64,000 bases of DNA from Cyanophora paradoxa CCMP329 (lineage: Eukaryota > Plantae > Glaucophyta). The stretch's first letter is position 1; each line of letters opens with the position of its first letter. Position numbers and translations under genes: made by a program. Below are positions 1 to 12,943 of the stretch, piece after piece. A model generated the notes under the pieces. The model searched no databases and was not told the DNA's origin. It saw only the letters and a list, made by a program, of their open reading frames with translations. The DNA lies in assembly GCA_004431415.1 (NCBI GenBank), contig QPMI01000103.1, positions 247,986 to 311,985 of the forward strand, written 5' to 3'.

Positions 1-642
1 CCCCCCACGCCCGCCGCCTCCCGCTGCCCCGCCCGCCCTCTTAGGCGGGGGCGGGGGCAGGGGATCGAGCTCGGGGAGGACGCGGAGGAGGCGGGGCGGG
101 GCGAGCTGCGCCTCACGGCCCTCGTCCTCAACGCCGCCCTCGCCGAGTGGAACATGGCCCGCCCCGCCCCCCGCCGGCCGCCCCCGGCCCGCCCGCCGCC
201 CTTCAAGCGTGACCGCCCGGCGCGCCAGGTGGGGTACTTCCGGAGCGCGGCGGGGCCGTGCGGGGTGACGGCGGCGCAGCTCCTCGCCAGGCGGCAGGCC
301 GCCGCCAAAGAGTGCGTCCCGCCCGCGGCCCCCGCCCCGCGCCCTCCCCTCTCCCCGCCCCGCCGCGCCCGCCCCGGCATCGATCTGACGCCGCCCGTGC
401 GCCCTCCGGCCCGCCAGCGCCTGGGAGTACCAGCAGGTGCGCGCGCGGCGACCCTCGCGCGGCTCGCGGCGGCGTGTGAGCGGGGCCGGGGCCGGGCCCG
501 GGGCGGGGCGGGCAGGTGGAGGTCTCGGACTTCACGCCGGAGGGTGTGGCGGCCTTCCTGCGCGAGCGCGGCCCCGCCTCGTCAACTACGCCAAGGTCCG
601 CCCGCCCGCTGGGGGCCGGGGGCCGGGGGGATGCCCGCCTCG

Positions 643-689
<47 letters not shown>

Positions 690-830
690 CTCCCCTGCGT
701 CCGAGCGGGGGCGGGGCGGGCGGGCGTGCCGGCGCGTGCGCAGGTGGGTGCCGTCCTCGCCCTCCTCGCCCACTTCCCCGAGGCCGACGTCCGCGCCGCC
801 TTCGAGGCCGCCCCCCCGCCCGCCCCGTAG
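1..830 (+). CDS. 3' part of a spliced gene, unknown protein (partial; starts upstream of the window)
   Basis: GC3-rich exons ELRLTALVLNAALAEWNM / VGYFRSAAG..AAKE / AWEYQQ / VEVSDFTPEGVAAFLRERG / VGAVLALLAHFPEADVRAAFEAAPPPAP* are separated by short GT/GC-AG introns; TAG at 828-830. No family recognised. Confidence 0.6.
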
Positions 831-1920
831 CCCCGCCCCGGCCCCCGCCCCGGCCCCGGCCCACCCCTCATCCAAGTTAAGCCCGCTCCACTCCTCCCCG
901 GCCCGACTCCGTCCAAGCCCTACTTGCCAAAAGTTACCCGTGCACGTGATCCTGACCCCGCCTTGCACAACGGGGTCGCGGGATCCCGGAGCCGCAGTAG
1001 CAAGAAACTCGAAGGGGTATACGTACGCGTGTGCGCACAGTGGAGACCCTCACGTGCACTCCCTTCTGAGACTCACAATCAGTGACTCGGCAATCGTGAC
1101 TCAGGACTGCTGAAATGCTGTACTATGCAATCTTTACAAACTAGACAAATCAAATTAAAGAGGCGAAGATACATATTCGCGATCGTAGAACCGATATCAG
1201 ATCTAGATCTAGATCTAGAGCAGTTAAGCTAATATGTATGCTGATCATGAAAATAATGCGCATGCGAATCGTTGAACTTGGAATTTGCAAATGCGATGAC
1301 CCTGGCGAGTTTCATTATATAATTACTGTACTAAGAAAGAACTTCACTAGTACGCGTACGTATTTGTATACGTTAAACGTTAATTAGCTTCCGGTATTCC
1401 GAATTGAAATGTTGATCATGAGGCGCGCCCGCGGTGCGGGCGAATTTAAAAAGCTTAAGTGCTATATATATGTGTGTGTGTTAACGTAGATGCGGTTTAC
1501 TGAATGCAAAAAAATAATTACCAAGTTCTAGTTAACGTTATAGTTAAATTAAACTCATGAAATGAAGAATTCGAAGTGATTCTAATCTAGCAACAGCGAT
1601 GCAGTTCGCGCTACCCGACTACATATTTGGTTAGTTCTAGAAAAAACGCGCTCTAGATCTGACACCCTTGTAATTCGGAGTACCAGCATTCATGATTCTA
1701 ATTCTAAAAGCACGTGGAGCGCGATCGAGCTCGAGATAGCGGTATATACCAAATCAGGAAAAAGAGCGGCCAGGGGAGGCGTGCATGTGGCGCGGCTGCC
1801 AGGCTGCCGGCGCCGCTCCCCCCATCGCGAGGACGTGCATGGGCGGCCGCGGGTCCGGGGTTTGGGGCGGCGGGCGGCCGAGGGCGGAGCCTCGCGATCG
1901 GAGGGGCGGGAACGCGGGGG

Positions 1921-4400
1921 CTAGATGGCGCGGGCGAACATGGCGTGGGGGGTGAGGCACTCGGAGGTGAAGGGGTTGCGGGAGGGGGCGACGGGCCCCG
2001 CCTCGGGATCCCACGCGAGGACGGGCACGGGGCTCGCCGTGCTCGGCGACCAGCTCCCCTCCGGCCCCGCCTCCCGATCCACGTCGACCTTCGGGGGCGC
2101 GCCGCAGAGCTTGGCCGCCCGCTCCCTGCAGCTGCACCGCATCGAGAGGCCCAGGCGCCCCAGCGGCGTCCGCGGCGGCTGCCCCTCCTCGCTGGGACTC
2201 GAGGCCGGCGGCGGCAGCGGCGTCGGCTCGGCGTCGGCGTCGGCGTCGGGGCTCGAGGCGCAGGGCGGGGAGTCGACGTCCCCGCGGGGGGAGATGTCGA
2301 TGACGCGCCCGTGGAGGGGCCCCACCGGTACCGCCGCCGCCGGGGGCGACGGCGACGGCCGCCGCGCGGGGCGCGGCCTCGAGGGGGGGATGGCGACCTG
2401 CGCGCCCCAACGTAAATCGATATCGAGCGCGCCCGCAAATCAAGATTCGAATTAATTTTCGCAGGATCGCGGGAGCCGCGAGCCGCTGGCCCAGTGGAGC
2501 CGAAACAATAGATCTGGATTGAAGCGTGCGCGGGGCCGCGGCTCGGGCTCGCCTGCTTGACGCCGGCGGAGAGGAAGACGTGGCCCCCGGGCGCGTTCTG
2601 CGCCTGCACATGCGTCGGCACCGGCGCCGGCAGCTCCGCCCCCGCCTCAAGGACCTGACGCGCAGAGCCGACTTCAGACGGAGACGAGGAAAATCGCAAA
2701 CGAATGGTTCGCGGATCGTGCCGACAAGGGGCCGGGGCGGGGGCGCACGGCAGCGTCTCCGATGTCAGTGAGGGTGCCCGTGCCGCGCGCCTCGTGCGCC
2801 TTGGCGCAACCGCGGAAGACGCAGCCGGGGGCCGCCCCCCGGGCGTTCGACTCGACCACGAGGCCGCACGCGTCGGCGCCGTCGACGAGGCACCGCTCGA
2901 ACGTCGCCTTGCCTGCGCATGCCGCCGCCGGTGTCGAAATTCGCGATTGCGGTCGACGTCAATCGCCCTAAGCTTATTTATAGTAGTTCTGCAATCGATC
3001 GCGAAGTTCGAACTGTAGATCTAGCTTCTTAGATCTAAAGCTAGCCATGGACGGCAGCGGACCGCCGATGCCGGCGACGGAGGCCCCGACGCTCGAATTC
3101 GCCATGCGGCAGTCCCTGCGCATGCGCCGGGCCGCCGCCGGCGCCGTAAGACCGCCGAGTGCAAGGGACGCGCGGTTGTTCAAGATCTAGAACCGTTGAA
3201 CCGCGCGCTCGAGCCGCGCGCCGCGCACGTCACTATGTAGGAGCCGTCGGGGTGCTCGAGGAGCATGGCGGGGGCGGGGCCGCAGTTCGCCACGGACGTC
3301 CGCATGATCCAGAGCTTGCTCCGGAGCCCGAGGGGCGCAGCCCAGATGCCGGGCCCCTTGCCGACGCCCTCCGCATCCGGATCCCGGTCCACGCTCACGT
3401 CCTTAACAAACCACTTCGCTCTGCGCGGCGTGGTCGCGCGCGCTGGGCGTCAGCAGCGCGCCAGCGCACGAGGCGGGCGTGAGATGGGGGTCGGCGCCGC
3501 GCGCGGCCGGTCGCATTGGCGAGCGCACCCCGCCACCTCGAACCGGATTCCGCTGACCAGGATATTCTGAATTAAACCCTTCCCTCCATTTCCGATGATG
3601 ACAATTGAAGCGGGGCTTGCTTTCTCACAGCTGCTTCTCAAAACTATTTGTACGCCCGGTCTGCACATGCATATGCACACGAGTTATGATTAGTGCGAAC
3701 TCATGATCAGAGCTCGAGCATCATGGCATGCGTATGCGTGTTCCTTAACTGGGGCACTAATCGCTCAGGACACGCACCCTGAACCGATAATGGCGAGATC
3801 TGACCGGACGCAGCACAGCATTAATCATGATCATGATCAGTTGCGAACTCGCAACATGTACATGGACCGCTTTACAACATGCACATGGATACACACCCCT
3901 GCTCGGTCCCCCCTCGACGTGGATGGGGCCCAGCTCTTCGTAGACGCCCGGCTCCAGGATAAGCGTCCCCGTGAAGTTCTGGGTGCAAACCATCAGATGG
4001 CGAAAAGTGGCCGGCAATGTTCCACTTGTAAGTGGGGGGGGAATCGGAGAGGGCGCACCATGTTCTTCAGCGCGGAGCTGATCGCCGAGGGCCCCGGCGA
4101 GCACGTTGCGCGCGGCTCGGGCAAATTTGGGAGGACGTTGACAACCGTACGTGTGCACGTGGCCGTGGGCTCCCTTATGCAGCTGGCAGACAATTGCGAG
4201 CTCAATTGCAAGCGCGCGTGATTGTGATCGTGACCAGCGCTGACGGTACTCAACGAGGTGCTCTCCATCGGGGCCTGCAGCTGCATGCGCAGCGTCATCG
4301 ACGGCTGCAGTTGCTGCTGCGAGTCGGCTGCCGACGAGGGCATGCCCTCCATGTCAATCTGCGTACAAATACGTACGTGTAGCGTTATATATGCGCACTG
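1921..4400 (-). CDS. Putative right-handed parallel beta-helix (pectin-lyase-like fold) protein, multi-exon; 5' end uncertain (may extend past 4700)
   Basis: Exon peptides TLILEPGVYEELGPIHVEG, DLAIIGS, SIVIIGNGGKGLIQNILVSGIRFEVAG and GKATFERCLVDGADACGLVVESNARGAAPGCVFRGC resemble beta-helix repeats (PGxY.E cap motif, 'C.F.GC' turns). Low-complexity C-terminus ends at stop 1921. Confidence 0.45.
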
Positions 4401-4732
4401 CGGCATGCTTCAGCCCCTGGCAGGGTCCAGAACCAGAACCAAACGGGTGCGGACGTTGAACGCTTTGCACATGCCGCGGCCCCCTGGAGGCTGGAACTAC
4501 CGGATCTAGAGATCTTACTACTAAGTTAATTTAAGCTTGCCGCATTGCGGCTTCTTCAATTCGCGTCGGATCGAGTCCACCGCGGGCCGCGGCCTGCTGC
4601 TTGACACGGGCACGCCGGGCACGCAGCTCTCAGCCGACTCGGCGAGTCTCCGGGAACGTTCCGATCGCGAAGTTCCCGAGTCCAGGCTGGAATATTCAAG
4701 GCTTATAATTAAAAGCTTCTGCAAAGATAGAC

Positions 4733-4925
4733 GTCCGGACTCCGGAGTCCGGAGTCCGGACTCCGGACGGGTTAACGTTAACGTTGACCGCCGAGTCCGG
4801 CCGGTGTCGGATCATCGACTCCGATGTCAATTGACATTGACATGTCAATGTCAGTTGAAATGTCATGTCAATGTCCACTCCGGGTCACCGGGTTGACATG
4901 TCGACGTCGACGTCCATTGACATTG
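4733..4925. repeat. Mixed-orientation short-unit cluster (TCCGGA[C/G], GTTAAC, TGACAT/ATGTCA)
   Basis: gtccggactccggagtccggagtccggactccggac, then gttaacgttaacgtt, then atgtcaattgacattgacatgtcaatgtca. A second TGACAT cluster lies at ~5548-5628. Confidence 0.75.
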
Positions 4926-5464
4926 GGGGGGATACCACTCCAAACAGGCTAAAACACCTGCAAATCATGTTTAAAACATGTACGTATACTGTAACTTAGT
5001 AAAACGAGAAATGTCCGGCAGCACTTCAGTTAATTTGGGACCGCATTACTTAAGTGCGCGCATTACTTAAGTGTTACACGGTATACGTAGGCCTGCAGGC
5101 TGCAGCTGCCGCACTGCGCGGCAGTGCCGCAGTACCGTAGTACACTGAGACTCTGAGAGTCACTACAGACTGTACATGTACAGTACAGACTGTACAGTGC
5201 GACTCGGCTGCGATGCACGATGATCGATGATGCCGATCGAGGCTCTGCGTATGCGCAGGCGTACGTTTCCGCCCGGCCGCGCCCGGCCGACTTACCAGCC
5301 TGAGTATTCATTGATAAACGGCACTGTCACAGTGTACTAGTAAGCAGCACTCTGCAAGCGTTAGCAGCACGTTTCTGATGTTAGGAAGGAGGCAGAGGGC
5401 AGCGGGGAGTCGGGGACTCGCCGGGGAGTCGCTGAGGACCTCGCCCAAGCTGCCCCGCCGCCTC

Positions 5465-5513
5465 ATGTTCCAAAAGTGAGCTCGAGGCGGCCTCGAGCTC
5501 ACTTTTGGAACAT
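5465..5513. repeat. Perfect 24-bp inverted repeat with 1-nt spacer
   Basis: atgttccaaaagtgagctcgaggc (5465-5488), g, gcctcgagctcacttttggaacat (5490-5513). Confidence 0.95.
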
Positions 5514-5688
5514 AATATCATAGTATAATAATATATAATATAATAATCAATGTCAGTTGACATGTCGGTTGACATGTCGATGTCCGATATCACTGTCCAC
5601 AGGGTAGACTGACATGTCAATTGACACGGCAACCCTAGGGCCGCCCCGTCGATCGCGATCGATACGACCAGGTACTGTAGGAATGCTT

Positions 5689-5856
5689 AAATTGCCGCGT
5701 AGCTATAGTTAAATTGCCGAATTCGATCAAAACCGGAATTGCCGAGGCGATAAATTGCCGAAACGTTAACTCTGGACTTCTTCTATGGCGCCATACAAAA
5801 GCGGCCGTTTAGCCCTACCCCCAGCTGCAGAGAATTGCCGCGGCTCTAAATTGCCG
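5689..5856 (+). repeat. Six dispersed direct copies of AATTGCCG
   Basis: Copies near 5690, 5712, 5737, 5753, 5833 and 5849. Confidence 0.85.
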
Positions 5857-7415
5857 AAAATTGGGCCCGCGGGGATGCCATGATGATATATATATCGATG
5901 GCAAGTTAACGTTTGTAACGGGAAAAAGTTTGTGACGGTGTGACGCCCGTCCGTGACGACGGAGCTTGAACACCAACTTGTCACCAGGTAGTGTACCCGG
6001 TACTAATAATAACTAGCGATCATCGGTCCTGACATCGGATACGTCACGGCGTACCGGTAGCCTTTTCATTCTTACAAGTTACATGTAACTTGATCATGAT
6101 ATATCGATGTTTACTAAGTTACATTGATGTATCATATATGCATAGTATGATTAGTATCATGTAAGTTGATGTAACATGTACTACGGTAAGTCGCCGACGA
6201 CTCGGCACTGAGTCGGCAGTGCCACGGTGAGTCGGCAGTAGGGCTGGGTTCATCTGCCGCCATGGCCACTGCTTGCTCATGCCATTCGCTGATTCGACCC
6301 GCAATTGACGACGCCGACTGATTCTATCGCACAGGCTGTTCGTGCACCCGACGTTGATGAAGTTCCACATGTACAAGATACCCGCGGCCGGGAGCTCCGT
6401 TCACGATCGCGCATTGACGTGTGCATCCCCTCCCCTCGCCGACCGTCGGACCCACCAGGGCTGACGCTTTCCGCGTCTCTGCAGCTGCAGGCTGCAGGCC
6501 TGCAGCTGGACACGGCGGGGAGCCTGCGCCGCGGCGCGCAGCCGAATCGACCTAAAAAGGATCTTCTGCCGTCTTACCGTAGTACCTCCAGAAAAATTAA
6601 ACAACGAAATTAAATCTGAACGAAACCGCCCGCGCTAACGAGGCTTATAATTACGGCGTCTGACACTGTGACACCTGGCGGGGGCTGAATTCCTTTCTCC
6701 AGTGTTCTTTGTTTGCATAATTACCCTCTACTGCCCGCGCACTGTGCTTGGCAACTTAGATGGATCGCGTCTGGGTCATTTCTGGGTCATTTTCCTCAGT
6801 TTTTGTTGCACGGTAGCCTGACTGAACCTTGGGTTGACGTCGACTGATTCAGTCACAGTCAGGGGGGCTGAGCGACTGGGTCAGCTGCAGGGGGGGACCC
6901 TGACTGAACCCAGCACTAGTCGGCAGTGCGCCGACTCGGCTAGGTCTAGGCTAGCTCAGCGGCTGCCAGGCTGGGCCGGCCGGGGGACGGGGCCTGGCCC
7001 GCCCGGGCCCTGGGGGCCCCTGGGCCCTGGGACCTGCAGCTGCTGGGTTGAAGTGGGTACACCGGTTATTCTGCCCTCGCGGGCCGCCGGAGGCGAGAAT
7101 AAGCGGTATAACGTTCATGTTCGGCCGGTCAACCGTGGCGCCGACATTAACTTGTTCACTTAAATTAAATACGATCATCGGATCCCTCACATGATCGTTG
7201 TTAGGAGGGGAGCTCGAGGCCCAGGGGTCAGAGCGAAGAATAGCAGATGAAGAGTAAGCGACAATACCTAACGCAACGAATGTTTGAGCGTACCGATCGA
7301 TATAGCTAGCGATACTAGGTAAGACTAGGAGGAAAGTTTCGGGGGCGGTCACTGGCTGGCCCCAAGCGCGCACAAGCGCAACATGCGCAGGCGAGCGCAG
7401 CGGGGCGGGGCGGGG

Positions 7416-10400
7416 CTAGAAGGCGTGGTTGACGGGGACGGCGGTCTGCAGCTGGAAGCGCCCCCCGAAGCTGAGCATGCGCTTGAAGCGCGAGTTGGAG
7501 CGCTTGAGGCGCGGGGGCGGGGGCGGCCCCTCCTCCTCCTCCTCCTCCTCGGGGGCCGTCGCCTCGGCCTCGGTCTGGTGCGGGCCGGCCGGGCCCTCGT
7601 CCGCCTCGCTCGAGGGGCGGGAGCCCTCGCCGCCCCCCTCCTCCGCCCCCTCCTCCTCCTGCTGCTGCCCGTGCCCGTGCCCGCGCCCGCGCCGCGCCGA
7701 GTGCGGCGCCCCGTACAGCCCCTCCTGCGCCGGCGTCAGCTCCAGCCGGCCCGGCGGCGCAGGCCAAGGCGGCGCGCGCGCCTGCACCCCCATGCGCAGC
7801 GCCGCGATCTCGTTCAGCGCCGCCGCTGCCGCCTGCGCAGCGTGCGCCGCCTGCGGGCCGCGCGGGAGGTCAGCGGGGGCCCGGGGGGAAGAGGGGCGGG
7901 GAGGGGCGGGCCTGGGCGGCGATGTCCATGAGGTTGGAGCCGTGGCGCTCGCCGCGGGCCGAGCGGGCGGAGCGGAGGCCGCGGGCGGTGCTGGCGCGGG
8001 AGAGGGCCTCGGAGCGCGCCGAGGGCCGGTCCGCGTACGCCTCCCCGCCCCGCGCGCTCCGCGACCGCGCCGTCCTCCGCGACGTCCGCCCACCCCCGCC
8101 CGCCCCGTCCGAGTCCCCGCCTCCGCCCGCCTGGCCCCGCCCCGCCCCTCAGCTCCCGCAGCCGGCGGCGGGAGCGGCGCGCGCACTGGAGGCGGAGCGG
8201 GGGCAGGCTCTTGGCGCCGGAGAGGCTGGCGATGTTGGAGAGGCGGGGCGAGGCGGTGACGATGACGGGCGGGGGCGAGGGCGAGGGCGTCGGGTCCCCG
8301 TCGGGCGCCAGCAGCGGCACCACCACCGTCTGCGCCTTCCCGCCCTTCTCCGCCTCCTCCTCCCCCTGCCGCCCCGTCGGCCCCGGCCCCGGCCCGCACC
8401 CGCGCGGCGCCCCCGGGGGCCGCACCGCTCCTGCCCGCCCGCGCGCGCGCTGCTGTCCGTGGTGGCCCCTGCCGCGCCCCGCGTGCTCTGCGCCGGCCCC
8501 CGGGGGCCGGGGAGGGGCACGCGGCACCTCGTCGTCGTCGGGAGGGGGGAGACGTGGAGGGCGACGGGGGCGATGGGTGGCAGCCTCCGCCCGTTGGTCA
8601 TCCTGCGGGCCCGGGGCCAGCCGCCGGCGCGTCGGGAGGGCGGGGCGGGGCGGGGGCGGGGGCGGGGCGGGGCGGGGCGGGGCGCACGCGACGGGGAACG
8701 CGAAGCGGGCGCTCTTGCCCTCGCGGTCGCTGCGGGCCGTCCGCGCCGAGCGGCTCCCCTTGAGGCTCGTGTTCTGGCTCCGCTCCCCGTCGCTGTTGCT
8801 GCCCCGCTTCCCGCTGCGGCGCGCGCGTCGGGGCGGGGAGCGTTGGGGGCGGGGCGGGGCGGGGCGGGGCGCGGGGGCGGGGACCTGCGCTCGGGGCCTC
8901 GGTGCGCTCGGTGAGGGTCCCCAGGTCGCCCAGCAGCTCCCCCAGGCGGTCCCCCAGCGCCCGCGGCCCCGCGGCGGCAGCCGCCCAGCCCCGCCGGCCC
9001 GCAGGCCCGCGGGCCCCGCGGGGTCGCCGGCGCCGCCCCGGGGAGCGGGGCGGTGGCCTCGGGGGGCGGCGAGGTGGTGCCGCTTCCGGGGCCGAAGGAG
9101 GGGGGCCTCACGGCGAGGACGGGGCCGCCCTCGGGGCGCAGCGGGCTGCGGACCCCCGCGGCCCCCGAAATCGAGTTGGAGCGGGAGGGCCGCTTCGAGC
9201 TCGAGCTGCCCACGCTCTTCGCGTGCGGGTAGTCCGAGAGGGCCGTCTGCGCGGGGCGGTCGCGCGGGGGGCGGGGCCGGGGAGGGGGCGCGCGGGGGGC
9301 CGGCGCACCCTGAGGCCCATCCCGGCGCCGGCGGAGCCGGAGGAGGCGCCGAAGGAGGAGTTGCGGAAGACGGCGGGGCGGGCGCGACCGCTCATGGTGG
9401 GGAATGAGGGGCGGCGGGGCAGGGCCGGGGCCTGCTGCGCCGGGGCCGAGGCGCGGCGGTTGACGTGCACGCCGGCCTCGGCAAGCGCCGCCGCCACCTC
9501 GTCTTCCGAGATAGAGGGCACCGCCACCGCCATCGAGTGCGGCTGGCCCCGCCCCCGCCTAAGCGCGCAGATGGGAGGAGACGGGGAGGGAAGGGGGCCG
9601 GGCACCTTCCAGGTGGACATCTTGCGGGAGGGGGCGACGGAGTGGAGCATGGAGGGGACGCCCCGCGTCATGAACCGCTCCTCCTCCTCGAAGCTAAGGG
9701 GGCCGTCCGTCAGCCGGCGGCGGCTGCGCGGAGGAGCGGAGCGCGGGGCGCGCCTCGTGTTGGAGTAGCGCCGCTCGCGATCCGCGCGGTCGTACTTCTC
9801 GAAGAAGCGCGTCGAGGGCATCCTGCGGGGCGCCCGGGGCTCAGCGGGGCGCGGCGCGGCGGGGCGCAGCAGAGCGGGGTGGGGTGGGGCGGGGCGGACT
9901 TGTTGGCCTGGTCGATGAGGGAGGCGGAGGTCTGCTCGAGGATCTCCTGGTAGACGTACTTGGGGAAGTCGTCCGGATCGTCCCCGAACGGGTTGACGAG
10001 GACCTGCGGCGGGTACGGGTGAGGGGAGCAGGCGGGGGGGGGGGGGGTACGCGAGCGCGCGCGCCTCGTGGATGGTGAGGAGGCCCTCGTAGATGACGCG
10101 GTTGACGAAGAGGAAGATGTACCCGAACACGATCATCGAGATGCTCTGCTTGTTGAAGCCGTCCCCTGCGCCCCCGCGCCCCCGCCCCGCTCGGCCGCCG
10201 GTGCGGGAGGGGCGCGGGGGTGGCCGGGGGTGCGCCCCGGCCCGCCCCGGCCCGCCCCGGCCGGCGCGCAGCGCACCGATGAGGCCGCCGGCGTAGACCA
10301 TGATGAAGAGGACGTGGAGCTTCGTCGCGAAGGTCAGCAGGTGCACGTACGCGTACGGGATCTGCGGTTGCGGCCCCGGCGCCGCGTCAGCGGGGCGGGG

Positions 10401-11951
10401 GGAGCGGGGCGGGGCGGGGCGGGCGGGGGGGCGACCTGGCAGTTGAGGAACATCATGACGTCACCGGCGCCGGCGCGCATGGTGGCGATCTGCTCCTGGA
10501 ACTGCGGGAGGAACGTGTCCGGGAAGAGCATGCGCCCCGAGACTGGAGGCGCGACGCCAGGAGGCGTCAGGAGGCGGGCCCGCGTGGGAGGCGGCGGCTG
10601 GCGCACTCGCGCATTCCTTGAGGAGCTCGGAGAGCCAGGCGTAGACGATCTGGTACTTGCTCGGCAGGCTCCGGAGCGACCCGGCCTCAGCCTTGGTCAG
10701 CACTGCGCCGCCCCGCGCCGTCAGCCGCGCCCCAGCGAGGCGCGGGGCGGGGCGGACGCTTGCGCTTGACGAGCGAGTCGATGTCCTCCTGGCCGGCGGC
10801 CTGCATGTAGAGGAGCGCGTGGGCGCAGTTGCAGTAGCGCACGACCTCCTTGCGCGCCCGCCGCGCCCCCTCGTCCGTCCCCGTGATCATCGTGCTCGTC
10901 TGCGCCGCCGCCGCCGCCCCCGCTCGGAAACGAGCGGAGAGGAAGGAAGGAAAAGGAAGGGAGAGGAAGGCGGGCAGGCACCATCAGGGAGAGGTTGTTC
11001 GTCCGCCCGATGACGAGCTGCAGCCGCTCGCGCGTCGACCACCAACGGTTGAAACTGCCGGCCCCGTCAGCGGTGCGGGGCGGGGCGGGGGGGCGGGCGG
11101 GGCGCCGCGCACGTGAGCTGGCAGAACATGCCGAGCAGGAAGGCGACGAGGGAGGTGAGCATGAGCATCTCCGAGCCGAAGACCGGCACGCATCTGTTGC
11201 CCCACGAGAGCGGCACATCCTCCGGGCACCGGAAGTACCCCAGCAGCGTCGAGAGCGCGCAGTAGACGAGCGTCGAGACGAGCGTGCGGATAGTGATGGC
11301 CGTCCCGTCGGCCCAGACAAGAAACCCGTAGCTAAGGAGCTTGTCGACGTCATACTTCAGGATGTTGCTGTTGCTCCACGCGATTAGGTTCCGAAAGGTC
11401 CTCCCCTCCTGCGCGGGCCCGGAGCGGTCGGCGCGCGGGCAAAGTGCGCCCCCCCCGGGGCACCGCGAACCTTCGCCGCCTCCTTCCACGTGCTCACTGC
11501 CTCGGCCTGCTTCGCGACGACCTACATGGCGGGCCAGTCAGCGAGTGGAGCGGCGCACGTGGGCGGACCGCGGGCGGGCGGCCGGGGCGCATTTGCTAGG
11601 AGTAGGGGGCTGTGAAGCAACTGTAAGAGCAAGCACCTGCACTGTGGCTTTCCACTTCGTCGAGGCGTTCTTGCGCCCCGCAGATCGCTCGGACGCTGTC
11701 GGCTGCGTCGCTGCGCCAGCCGCAAGCGTCGCCGGTTCCGGACTTGCGCTAGGCGCTACAGGTGCATTCAGAACGGCGGTGTCGCTGGATGCGGTGCCCG
11801 CGCTGTCGCCGGCCGCCTTGAAGAGGTTCAGCGCTGTGATGGCAAGCGGAGGAGTGGTGCGCCCGGGACCCTCCAAAGAGGGTCTAGAGGGGATCTCATA
11901 CTTCTTCCCCGATCCAGAAGCGCTGGGCTGAACAGGGGCACCGTCCGTCAT
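7416..11951 (-). CDS. Bestrophin-family anion channel with long low-complexity N- and C-terminal tails, multi-exon
   Basis: Spliced motifs LVAFLLGMFCQLT/FNRWW, EVVRYCNCAHALLY, IVYAWL, CQ/IPYAYVHLL, IYEGLL..HE/VLVNPFGDDPDDFP (bestrophin NPFGxDxDDF signature). C-terminal exon structure approximate. Confidence 0.9.
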
Positions 11952-12943
11952 TGGTGCGGCGGCTGGTCGGGGGATCAGCGGGCTGCCATGAAATGAAACG
12001 GAGAGTTGCTGAGCTGTGGAAGCGCCCGCGGCCGCGCCGCTAGCACCCCCCGGCTAACGCCAAATGCAGATGCGGCGCTAGTTAAGCAGGTGATCGCTGC
12101 GCGCGGCGACTCGTAATGCTAGTGCTGCTGGTGACGGGTGTATCAGAGAGATGATGAAGCTGGCCCAAACTTTTGGAGGGTCACCGCTTTGGACAAGCTC
12201 GGTGGTGTGTACCCCCCGTGAGTTCGCAATCCTAGCTGCGCATGTATGTGCATGCCTTGCATGTTGAGGTTGGTACCCGGTGAGCTTGAAGCTTGCATGC
12301 GTAAGCCATGGCCAGAGGCGTAGCGCCCGCGGTTGTAGATGTGCATGCGCAAGCGCATGCAGGCGCCATGATCATGACGTCGACGGCGCCGGGCGCCGGC
12401 CGCGGCCGCGGCCGACGTCGACTGTACATGCATGTGCCGACGGCTTAAAGCTTGCCAAGCTGCATGTTGAGCGCCGCGGCCGGCCGGTGAGCTTGCCGGC
12501 CGGCGCCGGCGCCGCCCGCCGCATGCGCATCGATATCGGTATATATGAGTTCGCGCTACAGCTGCAGCTGGCCCAAAGATGTACACCAATTGCAAATTGT
12601 CACCAACATTAATACACTGGTACTGGCGGCGTCTGGCGCTGCAGCTGCATGCTGGCACAGATCGCAGGATTTGCAGCATGCGCATGATCAATGATTAGCG
12701 GACTTGGCTACAATTACTTAATGCAATGTTACTAGCCTATGTACACTAGAAATCTAGATCTTCAGAACCTACAAAATCCTCCACTGGGCCAACAAGCGCT
12801 TCGGTAGGAGGAAGCAGACGAAGGGAAAGTACTATGCGAGCGATCATGCGAACGCGATTGGGCATGGAAGGCAGTTCGGCGGTTCACGGCCGGGGAGGAG
12901 GAGGAGCCGCCCCAGGAGGGGGGCGGTGCGGCCCCTCTCATGA

